From an uncultured virus (IMG/VR IMGVR_UViG_3300031783_000001) (taxonomy: Duplodnaviria; Heunggongvirae; Uroviricota; Caudoviricetes), in IMG/VR virus record IMGVR_UViG_3300031783_000001: DNA of 20,000 bases; one strand, given 5' to 3'. Positions 7,766 through 16,190 of the stretch are shown piece by piece. The notes beneath the pieces are model-generated. The model was given only the letters and a program-made list of their open reading frames with translations, made no database searches and was not told the origin of the DNA. Made by a program: the position numbers and the translations under genes. How positions within the stretch are numbered: position 1 is the stretch's first letter; each line of letters begins with the position of its first letter.

Positions 7766-10732
7766 ATGTCAGAATTATTTCCTGAGATTACACAGGGAGA
7801 AGGGCAATGTGTATTTAGGATACGAACCGGCCTACCCTTCCCAGGTCAATTAGAACCATGGATAAAACAACCTTATATAGTCAACCTCTTCCTCAGCCTA
7901 CCTTATCAAGGTATACTAAATACACTTATAAGAATAGGAGATACCATAAAGGGTCGCATTGAAAATGTTATAAAAGTTTTTCAAAAACCCAATAGTACTG
8001 GTGAGTTAATACAAAACATAACTTTAGCTATTAGAGATTTAGCTACTTTAGCCGATGAGGTTTTGTATTATATAAATATATTTCGCAACCCAGAGATGAT
8101 TCCTACTGTTTATATAGACCCTGAATTACCACTTGGATTTTATATAGCTATTAGCATACCGATAAAGCCCTCCGAGTATGACGTAGCTAAGAATGCTTTA
8201 CTATTAGATAGGCTGCTTTATCAGCCCGGTAATCCTAAAGCTAGAATGTTTATAAAGCAAGTAAATAACGATGAAAGTTACGAAATGCCTAGCAACCCAA
8301 TCGTAGAAAAAGCTAAAAAGAAAATAAGGGAACAAATAAAAGGTTATATTAAAAATCAACTAAATTTACCTGACAGACTGCAGCAAGCTACTCAAGGTAT
8401 ATTAGATATTAATCAGCTTTGGGATTATAGTCAGTTAAAGGGTTTATCTATATACGACTCAGTATTCTTCTATTGGAAGGGACATATAGCGGAAGATCTT
8501 ACAGTTGATGCTAATCGCGTTCGTTCGTTTCTTGATTTAGAAACTCGTATTATTCGTGCCGGAAGTGACATATTTACAACTCAGGTAGACGATAACACGG
8601 GCGCTATCGTAACTAAGGTACCAGAAGACAGACTATATACTATAAGAGAGACAGTGCAAAATACAGATGAGGACGAATACAAGGAGCGCTTCTTAGGTAT
8701 CAGTAAAAATAACGATTATAAAACTATTAGTCAATACACACAGCAACTTATAAACGTCGCTTTTGGTGTGATGAGGCCAAGAGACATTAAGACACAACAT
8801 ATTTATCAATGGTTTGGCCTTATGTATGTACCGCTATTACCGTATAGAGATACAAGACCCAAATCACTCGTAGATAAAACTATGTACGAAAATCCGCATC
8901 TTATCGTAAAAGATTATAAAAGATATCGCGAATTGCAAGACGAACTACTAGAAAGCTATATGACTAATCAAAATGTAGAAGATGTTAAGAAACGCATGAA
9001 GCAATACATCAGCCAATCCGAGTGCCTAAGAGAAGAACTAGTGGATGCTGGACTAACAATAACAGAGGAAGATATTGTAACAAACGAGGAGATAGCAGCT
9101 GAAGAAAGTAACAGACAAGGGATGATTACAGGGCAGCTAAGTAATATCCCATCAATTGGTCAAAATCTTCCGGCAACTACCACTACTAATGTAATGGCTT
9201 CAGAACTCAACTACGTGCCCAAAGTAGCAAAGTTTATAGACCCCAATACTAAAAATCTCGACCAGTCTAGCAACTTTGCAGAAAAAGTTACCTATTATAG
9301 CATTAGTAAAACTAAGTTTATAAAAGAGTTCATGTCAACAGGTCAAGTAAATAACAAAAATCAGGACATAACAGTTAAGGATTATGCTGATTATCTAAGT
9401 AAGATATTTTTCGGAGGGAACGACAGTTTAGTAAGTATGTTGAACTATTTGAGAAACTATTACGATAGTTTCCGAGAAGCAGCTGCAAGAAGCGCAATAG
9501 TTTACAATATGGATACCACTGATGAATACGTAAAAGATATGACTGAATACTTTAATAGAACAGGAGATGAGAAAGAATTAAAAGAATTAAGAAAGATAGT
9601 TGAGACATATTGCAACGACCCCAAAAATAATGAAAACACGAAAGAAGTTCAAGATTTATTATCCATGCCCGAGCGTATTCAAGGTCGTATGCCCATCGTA
9701 GAAGACATAGTATCCGAAAGTGTATTCAAGGCTTTTGTCTATTACCAATTGATAAATGCATTGGTGGGTACTAGTGTAAGTAATACAACACATTATATTG
9801 TAAGCTTGGAGCCATTTACTGAGCATATTCCTAATCTTCCGCTTTTAGTAAAGCTAAATTTTGACGACATGCAAAGAGAGCTATTCGCTACGGTGGCGGG
9901 TACGGATAGATATGATAGATATGAAAAGATGATGCGAGAGTACCCGGATAGATTTCTGACAAAAGGCGGATTTTCTATATACAGAGACTTCCTGCCCATT
10001 AAGAGCTTAAGTGTAGAATACGAAGATATAGAGACTGCAAGTATAGAAATATTTGGACATTCTTTTAGTTTACCTGGTAGTTGGAATAGTCTTAAGCCAC
10101 AGGTTTCTATGGAAGTTCATGATTTTGCCGGACGCCCATTCGCAAGATATATGCAAACATACAGAAAACTAGTCTTTAGAAATAACGGAACATGGCCTAT
10201 CATGCACATGGCTTTCATATTAGACATTGTGGGTATAGATAATACTCTTACAATCACAGACCTTATGAGCCTGTTGGTAGTACCAAGAAGTATCAACATA
10301 CCAGCCATAGATTACGATAGCTCGGAAGATTTTACAACACCACAACCAGTGAGAATAGATTTTGAAGTGATAGGTTTTGTGGATTACGTAGATACAGCCC
10401 TAATTAATGTAGCAGCAGTAGGTAAATTTAATGTTATAGACCACATTAGTTTTAATCGCATAGCCGATCCTAATAATATTTTATCTAACTGGTATCATAC
10501 ACAGAATTTCAATCCTGCCCCTGCTAAATATGCATTGTATTCTCGTAACTACGATAAGCATCTCGCCTTGCGGGATATTCGTAAGTGTCGTCTTATGGAT
10601 ATGCGAATGCGGACTGGACGTACGGCTCATCTAGTAGAGGGCGACCCACAAATCAGAAACATTAAAGTCTTCGAGCCAGAAATAGGAGGCCGCAGTACAG
10701 ACTGGGCATATAAACCACGAGAAAAAAGATAA
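7766..10732 (+). CDS. putative virion structural protein with C-terminal tail-tube-like (T4 gp19/gp48/gp54-like) domain
   Basis: 988-aa ORF. The segment FLPIKSLSVEYEDIETASIEIFGHSFSLPGSW...VSMEVHD...FARYM...LDIVGID...VVPRSINIPAIDYDS...VRIDFEV follows the residue pattern I recall for T4-type tube-fold proteins. The N-terminal ~740 aa are unrecognised. The CDS is certain; the function is judged by eye. Confidence 0.5.
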   Translation: MSELFPEITQGEGQCVFRIRTGLPFPGQLEPWIKQPYIVNLFLSLPYQGILNTLIRIGDTIKGRIENVIKVFQKPNSTGELIQNITLAIRDLATLADEVLYYINIFRNPEMIPTVYIDPELPLGFYIAISIPIKPSEYDVAKNALLLDRLLYQPGNPKARMFIKQVNNDESYEMPSNPIVEKAKKKIREQIKGYIKNQLNLPDRLQQATQGILDINQLWDYSQLKGLSIYDSVFFYWKGHIAEDLTVDANRVRSFLDLETRIIRAGSDIFTTQVDDNTGAIVTKVPEDRLYTIRETVQNTDEDEYKERFLGISKNNDYKTISQYTQQLINVAFGVMRPRDIKTQHIYQWFGLMYVPLLPYRDTRPKSLVDKTMYENPHLIVKDYKRYRELQDELLESYMTNQNVEDVKKRMKQYISQSECLREELVDAGLTITEEDIVTNEEIAAEESNRQGMITGQLSNIPSIGQNLPATTTTNVMASELNYVPKVAKFIDPNTKNLDQSSNFAEKVTYYSISKTKFIKEFMSTGQVNNKNQDITVKDYADYLSKIFFGGNDSLVSMLNYLRNYYDSFREAAARSAIVYNMDTTDEYVKDMTEYFNRTGDEKELKELRKIVETYCNDPKNNENTKEVQDLLSMPERIQGRMPIVEDIVSESVFKAFVYYQLINALVGTSVSNTTHYIVSLEPFTEHIPNLPLLVKLNFDDMQRELFATVAGTDRYDRYEKMMREYPDRFLTKGGFSIYRDFLPIKSLSVEYEDIETASIEIFGHSFSLPGSWNSLKPQVSMEVHDFAGRPFARYMQTYRKLVFRNNGTWPIMHMAFILDIVGIDNTLTITDLMSLLVVPRSINIPAIDYDSSEDFTTPQPVRIDFEVIGFVDYVDTALINVAAVGKFNVIDHISFNRIADPNNILSNWYHTQNFNPAPAKYALYSRNYDKHLALRDIRKCRLMDMRMRTGRTAHLVEGDPQIRNIKVFEPEIGGRSTDWAYKPREKR

Positions 10733-10737
10733 AACTA

Positions 10738-11469
10738 ATGTATAACCTCCAATTTGGTACTGAAGGCGCATTTCTGAGTATAACTATCAGGTTAGACAAC
10801 CAAAATCTGAAGAGTTACACAATAGGCGATAGATATAATGTAGAATCATTGTATCTTAAACACCCAACATTAGGAGAATACGACCTATCAGGTGTTTGGT
10901 ACATATATAACATTGCTTTTGAAGGACCAAGCCCATATATGATAACTCTTCGTCTCATACGGAACGGCTCTAAACACTGCCTACCAGGCGACGGAACATC
11001 TATACCAGTATCACAAGTAGAATCTCTATTCGGGATAAAAAACTATAAAGCGGAAGAAGACTTTTTTATTACCTTGCGAACAGATAAGACTGCATACTAC
11101 TCTATAGTGAGAGCATCTTATAGGCTCAAGTACAAAGCGTTGCCAATATTCATGCCCGATGGCAGCCTAAAAATAGTCAACTTTAACGACAGACCTATCG
11201 TAGAACCTCTCCTCTACCATACTATAACCGCCGAAAAGGCCACCCTCTCATTCCAAAAAGGTTCTAAAGGTATAGAAGAATATCCAACCGCAACTTATAT
11301 ACTAGATTACTTCCAAGTTCAAAACTTGTATTACCCAGCAGGTGCTATTATAAAATACGACATAAATACTAGACAAGCTATTATAGTCAGTGATATATCG
11401 GTTAACATCATACACGGGCATAAAGCTGGTAGCAGTACAGCAAGATGCTACCTAATAGCACAAAACTAG
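10738..11469 (+). CDS. hypothetical protein (243 aa), possibly tail/baseplate-associated
   Basis: Starts 5 nt after the previous stop and has a beta-rich, Tyr-rich composition. Function is inferred only from context. Confidence 0.6.
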   Translation: MYNLQFGTEGAFLSITIRLDNQNLKSYTIGDRYNVESLYLKHPTLGEYDLSGVWYIYNIAFEGPSPYMITLRLIRNGSKHCLPGDGTSIPVSQVESLFGIKNYKAEEDFFITLRTDKTAYYSIVRASYRLKYKALPIFMPDGSLKIVNFNDRPIVEPLLYHTITAEKATLSFQKGSKGIEEYPTATYILDYFQVQNLYYPAGAIIKYDINTRQAIIVSDISVNIIHGHKAGSSTARCYLIAQN

Positions 11470-12176
11470 TAAAATATCAGGAAGTTACGAGGATTCTCAT
11501 TATAGAGCGTTTCCAACTCGCTCTTCAGATCACCTACCTTATTCTCTAACCCAAGAAATACTTCAATAGGCAAATTAGTTAGCTGGTAATTGTTTTTTAG
11601 AGCTATAATATACTCTGCTATATCTAGCACTACCTGTTTGATAAATACATCGTAGAGAGGGGTTACACGCTCCATGAAATACATAGCGTCGTTAGCTATG
11701 TTATTGTCGTCAAAGACTAATGGGTATTTACAAAGTGTCTTAGCACATAATGCACCACTCATATAAGGCATTGATGTCATGTATAAAGTAGGGGGCTGGT
11801 AAGCAAATTTATATAAACCATACTTGGCTGTGATTATAGAAGTAGGAGTTAAACTAACCACCGCATCAGGGACTAATGTAATGTCACGAGGTTGTATATT
11901 GTTGTTGATATATTCCAAAATATTATTTCTGAAAGTATATTGTCCTCTGTATATATTAACTCTTTGAATATAGAATAATGGGAAATGTCTGGAAAAAGTG
12001 GCGTTTGCTCTTTCTATTAGAGTTCTCTGTGTTCTTCTAGGCGGCCAGTCTGGGTCAATAGCAAATAACTGTGAGATGTTATATACACCAATCAGAGACA
12101 ATATGCGAACAGCATCGTCGTAGATTTCGTCTATCCTCACGAAAGGTACATGTTCGTAACCAGTTAGACAAGACAT
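11466..12176 (-). CDS. hypothetical protein, possible neck/head-tail adaptor (T4 gp13-like)
   Basis: 236-aa ORF preceded by the conserved motif. The C-terminus FIKQVVLDIAEYIIALKNNYQLTNLPIEVFLGLENKVGDLKSELETLY...FLIFY resembles the helix-LP-helix end of neck/adaptor proteins (by-eye similarity only). Confidence 0.4.
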   Translation of the reverse strand: MSCLTGYEHVPFVRIDEIYDDAVRILSLIGVYNISQLFAIDPDWPPRRTQRTLIERANATFSRHFPLFYIQRVNIYRGQYTFRNNILEYINNNIQPRDITLVPDAVVSLTPTSIITAKYGLYKFAYQPPTLYMTSMPYMSGALCAKTLCKYPLVFDDNNIANDAMYFMERVTPLYDVFIKQVVLDIAEYIIALKNNYQLTNLPIEVFLGLENKVGDLKSELETLYNENPRNFLIFY

Positions 12177-12180
12177 GGAT

Positions 12181-12205
12181 AAATATACTAAAGGTTAGTA
12201 TATTT
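12181..12205. promoter_or_regulatory. divergent pair of TTAGTATATTT-N4-ATG motifs (perfect 11-bp inverted repeat, 3-bp spacer)
   Basis: aaatatactaa (12181-12191) agg ttagtatattt (12195-12205). Minus strand: motif + atcc + ATG(12176). Plus strand: motif + atgt + ATG(12210). Confidence 0.8.
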
Positions 12206-12209
12206 ATGT

Positions 12210-13628
12210 ATGCCATTCTTACAAGTGGTTCCTCATCCTGAGCCGCAGGCTACTTTTACTGACGAACAAAAAGCAGTATTCGCAAAACTTAGAGGTCTAC
12301 GATTCAGTACTGAAAAAGGCGGAGTGCCAAGACAAATACTAGATAGCAACTTCAGAATTGTAAAAGGCTACATTATAGGTAGAGACCCAAATATACAAAA
12401 CCCCAAAAAACTGATTAAAGAAGAGATAGACAAAGCAAAAAAATCAGCTTCATCAGGTTCAATTACCTACATCGATTTCACTCTATTTGATTATGAAAAG
12501 GGCAAAGAATCCGAACATCGCTTACGCACCTACAAACCCAATGGTAAACTAAAAATAGGCATTCATAGCAGAAATGATTTGGAAAAAGAGAATATTACAG
12601 ACGAATATGATCATCTAGTGGAATTTACAAGAATAGGCGCTATAGACGAAAGAGAAGACATAAAAATAAATCTCTTTGATTTAAGCGACGACATGTATAA
12701 TAGTGTTTTAGAGCTTAATAAAACCTTTGTATATGACGATGGTAAAGATAAAAACGAAGTTTTGAAATATGGCAAGTTAGCTGCAATAACGGCATCATTA
12801 CATGCTCTATCCGTAGACGGTAATATAGACGAATTGAATGGGCAATCTATAATGTTCAAATCTGCTAGAGACTATATCGGGGACGATTCCGAAAATGTGC
12901 TGCTTCTTGACTTTTTAGGCCACATGAATGGCAAGCAAGGTGATACTGCTGATATCATTACGCAAGACTTAGATACAGCAGCCAAAACCCTGCACGACTG
13001 CATATGGCTCATTAACATTAGTGAAAGAGGGAGAACAGACGGAAGCTCACAATATGATCTGCATACAAGAATAAATATAACACTGGCATTCTCTAAGTGT
13101 AAAGAGAATGTCTCAAACCGAACATTCTACGTAAACGGGGTACGATTCGATTACACAGTACATGGAGATTTTTCAACTACAATAGAAAACATAGATGTTG
13201 ACTCAGAAGGTGTCCTCCAAGACCCTAAATTTCAAGACGACATAGATAATCCAGGCAATAAGCTCATTCTTAATCGCTATCTGGGCACAATAGCTAGATA
13301 CAAACTCTTCGATGAAAAAAATAATGAACCTAATGAATGGTTTAAAACATACTTAAAACTCATCACTAATATGAGCGATGTTGAGTTCTATGAGTTTGCA
13401 TCCGAAATCCTAAGAAATATTATGATTATTTGTAGTCAAAAAGAACTTGGGGTTACTTTATTTAAGATGGCGCGTACGAGGTTTTGCGCTCATGAATATT
13501 GTCATACCTTAATAGACCCAACATTCCCTGTCAATCTCAACATACCTCGCTTTATTCCCATAGAGCCGCTAGAAGTTGAAACTCACTGCGGCTGCCCTGA
13601 CAAGGAAAACAATCAGAAACAGCCATGA
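12210..13628 (+). CDS. hypothetical protein (472 aa) with C-terminal Cys/His cluster; possible baseplate hub/tail assembly protein
   Basis: Long ORF preceded by the motif. The C-terminal FCAHEYCHTL...LNIPRFIP...HCGCP is weakly reminiscent of the CxxC...FFP end of T4 gp26/gp51-like proteins. Confidence 0.45.
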   Translation: MPFLQVVPHPEPQATFTDEQKAVFAKLRGLRFSTEKGGVPRQILDSNFRIVKGYIIGRDPNIQNPKKLIKEEIDKAKKSASSGSITYIDFTLFDYEKGKESEHRLRTYKPNGKLKIGIHSRNDLEKENITDEYDHLVEFTRIGAIDEREDIKINLFDLSDDMYNSVLELNKTFVYDDGKDKNEVLKYGKLAAITASLHALSVDGNIDELNGQSIMFKSARDYIGDDSENVLLLDFLGHMNGKQGDTADIITQDLDTAAKTLHDCIWLINISERGRTDGSSQYDLHTRINITLAFSKCKENVSNRTFYVNGVRFDYTVHGDFSTTIENIDVDSEGVLQDPKFQDDIDNPGNKLILNRYLGTIARYKLFDEKNNEPNEWFKTYLKLITNMSDVEFYEFASEILRNIMIICSQKELGVTLFKMARTRFCAHEYCHTLIDPTFPVNLNIPRFIPIEPLEVETHCGCPDKENNQKQP

Positions 13629-13822
13629 TCATGGAGCGCTACTACCGCACAAAGAAAAAGTGTCGTTGGAACTACATGCCCAAAAGCATAAGGAAAAAAG
13701 TTAAGCGCTGCGTTAGAAAACTTCTTGACAAAGGTTACGACCAAAGCGCATATCCTATATGTATTAATCGGATTTATAAACTAAAAGATAATAATATAAT
13801 ACCCTTTTCAGCAATAATATAA
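13625..13822 (+). CDS. small basic hypothetical protein (65 aa)
   Basis: ATGA overlap with the upstream stop; fills the gap before the next motif. K/R-rich, with KRCVRKL..KG....AYPIC. Confidence 0.6.
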   Translation: MIMERYYRTKKKCRWNYMPKSIRKKVKRCVRKLLDKGYDQSAYPICINRIYKLKDNNIIPFSAII

Positions 13823-13834
13823 CAGCGACAAAAC

Positions 13835-13845
13835 TTAGTATATTT
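13835..13845 (+). promoter_or_regulatory. single TTAGTATATTT-N4-ATG motif
   Basis: ttagtatattt (13835-13845) + cgat + ATG(13850): the same sequence and spacing as the divergent copies. Confidence 0.75.
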
Positions 13846-13849
13846 CGAT

Positions 13850-14335
13850 ATGGCCGAAACAACTGGTAAGAACAAGGGTAGAGGAAGAAAGCCGAAGCAA
13901 CAAGAAGTACAACTCAATCAACAGGAAGGGTTAACTATAGAGACAAACCATGAGTCTCAAAAGCATCAAAACGAGAAAGATATAGAAACATCTGACAAAT
14001 CTATTGAAGATATCGCTAAGAAAACTCAAAATAATAAGACTATACCTAATATATATCTAACTGACACGGCGCAACGCATTATGAATAGATTGTACGAACT
14101 ATATGGATACAGCATAAAGGGTGATGTATGTCGTAGAATAATTCAAACAGCCCAATCTTATGCCAGTAGGGGAAATATCAATATACAAGATGATATTCAA
14201 GAGATAAAGATTGCCGAACTCTACGATAACATCTTGAATATACTAAGTCGTGGCTATGTACCATCTCCACTGGACAATACCTATAACGATATACTAATAA
14301 CAGCTATTATAGATAAGTACAAAGGCCGAGATTGA
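13850..14335 (+). CDS. hypothetical protein (161 aa) with basic N-terminal GRGRKPK and low-complexity N-half
   Basis: ORF preceded by the conserved motif. Has an AT-hook-like basic patch and a helical-looking C-terminal ~95 aa. Confidence 0.7.
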   Translation: MAETTGKNKGRGRKPKQQEVQLNQQEGLTIETNHESQKHQNEKDIETSDKSIEDIAKKTQNNKTIPNIYLTDTAQRIMNRLYELYGYSIKGDVCRRIIQTAQSYASRGNINIQDDIQEIKIAELYDNILNILSRGYVPSPLDNTYNDILITAIIDKYKGRD

Positions 14336-14357
14336 TGTTTCGATAACATTGTGAATC

Positions 14358-16148
14358 ATGTACATAGAAGAATTAAATGGGTATAAACAAAAATGGTTAC
14401 ACACAAACGAACATATACAACACCTGAAAAAGGACTTTATTTTTTCTGAGTTATATCATGATATAGTTATATCGCATTTATGGTATAATAACATAAGGAC
14501 TGTGAATGAGTTGTATAGTTTAAATCGCAATAGTTTAGATAGTTATTTAGAAAAGTTTTATGTGCTTTACGAAGCTGCTTTTGTTGTGCGTTCTTTGTTG
14601 AATAGGGGACACGAGGTATTTGTTTATACGGATTATGACACAGATGGAGGCATGGCAGCTGCTATACTTATTGACTTTCTTAAGAAAGCATATGGTTATA
14701 AAATAGGTCAAAATCTATTTTGGATGGCATCTATTAGGGCTGAAGGTTATGGTATATCAAAAAACGCCGTCATAAGAATAGTTGAAAAGCACCCTAATGC
14801 CCTCGTGTTCATACTAGACACAGGCGGCTCCAGCTACATAGACCTGAGAAATATACTAAATAGAAATGGATACACAATTGTATTAGACCATCATAATATA
14901 ACAGACGAGGTAAGAAACTTGATATATAAATACGATAACCTATATTTCATCAATCCAAAAGCTTGGGAATATCATACGTTATATTCGGTTTGTTCAGGTG
15001 CATTGTCCTATCTTTTTGTTAGAGCATTAGCTCTAGCTTCTGGGTCCGAAAGACTTTATGAACTATCAGAGAGATACGTGGATTGCGCAGCAATAGCTAC
15101 CATAGCTGACTATGTGCCATATTCTGGCATAAATAGCCTAATCGTACATTCAGGCTTCGCAAAATATAAAACTGAACCTAGAATATTTTTCGAGGCACTA
15201 ACAAATACAGACAAGTATCCTATCAAAACGCTTAGAGATTTTGTAATTGCTGTTGGTTGGTACTTAGCACCTAGGTTAAACGCTGCCGGCAGAAGCAGTC
15301 AGGCCGACATAATGTTGCAAACTATATTATTAGGAATGGATCAGCGCCCAGAAGACATTGACGAGTTTCAAAAACTAATAAAGAAAATAGAAGAAATATA
15401 TCAAAAAGTTAAACAAGAAAGAACAGAATATGAAACGCATGTTATGAGTTTAATCGCCCAAAAGTATGGCGGAATTACTGAAGATACAAATCATTTTGTT
15501 ATCTTCACTGATAACTCACACGAAGCTCCTCTGAGTGCTGTTATAACTAAGATGGTTTTTAGATATAATATACCTGTTTTTATATTTGCTAACAAACTAG
15601 ATAGATGGAGTGGGTCAGGACGATTACCAAAAGATCTTATCAACTTATATCCTACTTCTTTTGAAATACTCAAAAACAACGGCGTATTTAGAGTCAATGG
15701 CCATTATGGCGCATTTGGAGTATTACTAGACGAAATAGATAAGTCCGAACAAGTAGAAAAAGCCGTGGAAGACTTTTTGCAAAATCTAGGAGTGTATAAA
15801 AAGCTCATAGGAATAAATAAGTCGTTTATGCATGGGATTGCAAAAAGTAGCAATGAAGTTATGCAAATATGCGAGGAAATAAAAGGATTAGGCCTATATA
15901 AAAGTGACGATAGCCCTAAATTCATGATAGATACCAGTATAATTGAACCACAAAAAATAGGCTATATCATACAGACAAATAAAGATACACCAAACAACAT
16001 CATAAGAGTAACAACAGACAAAGACTTGCCAGTCAGTATAAATGCAATAATGCAATCTAAGTACGCTATTGTATCCTACGACATAAACTCTAACGGAACA
16101 CCTACAATCATTATACACGATGTAATAAAAGATAATGTAGAATTGTAG
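14358..16148 (+). CDS. recJ: RecJ-like single-stranded DNA exonuclease (DHH/DHHA1 family)
   Basis: Motifs VYTDYDTDG, R.EGYG, ILDTG, VLDHH, INP, CSG, ATIADYVP, LAPRLNAAGR, WSGSGR and GHYGAFG occur in canonical RecJ order. Confidence 0.92.
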   Translation: MYIEELNGYKQKWLHTNEHIQHLKKDFIFSELYHDIVISHLWYNNIRTVNELYSLNRNSLDSYLEKFYVLYEAAFVVRSLLNRGHEVFVYTDYDTDGGMAAAILIDFLKKAYGYKIGQNLFWMASIRAEGYGISKNAVIRIVEKHPNALVFILDTGGSSYIDLRNILNRNGYTIVLDHHNITDEVRNLIYKYDNLYFINPKAWEYHTLYSVCSGALSYLFVRALALASGSERLYELSERYVDCAAIATIADYVPYSGINSLIVHSGFAKYKTEPRIFFEALTNTDKYPIKTLRDFVIAVGWYLAPRLNAAGRSSQADIMLQTILLGMDQRPEDIDEFQKLIKKIEEIYQKVKQERTEYETHVMSLIAQKYGGITEDTNHFVIFTDNSHEAPLSAVITKMVFRYNIPVFIFANKLDRWSGSGRLPKDLINLYPTSFEILKNNGVFRVNGHYGAFGVLLDEIDKSEQVEKAVEDFLQNLGVYKKLIGINKSFMHGIAKSSNEVMQICEEIKGLGLYKSDDSPKFMIDTSIIEPQKIGYIIQTNKDTPNNIIRVTTDKDLPVSINAIMQSKYAIVSYDINSNGTPTIIIHDVIKDNVEL

Positions 16149-16190
16149 AAATAAAATTTGATGCGCTTACATTTCGATGATGTATAAGAT

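Noticed and set aside
1821..7785. Short plus-strand ORFs within the 1974-aa gene, and similar short antisense or off-frame ORFs within the 988-aa, 472-aa, recJ and Type ISP genes
   Set aside because: Almost entirely overlapped by long, motif-bearing ORFs, with no independent signals.
13489..13506. HEYCH in the 472-aa protein as a zincin HExxH active site
   Set aside because: It lies ~40 aa from the C-terminus inside a CxxxxC cluster with no zincin context. A structural metal site or chance match is more likely.
16158..16190. sigma70-like TTGATG...TATAAG promoter before the GroES-like gene
   Set aside because: The spacing is 19 bp and the matches are weak in AT-rich DNA, so it cannot be supported.
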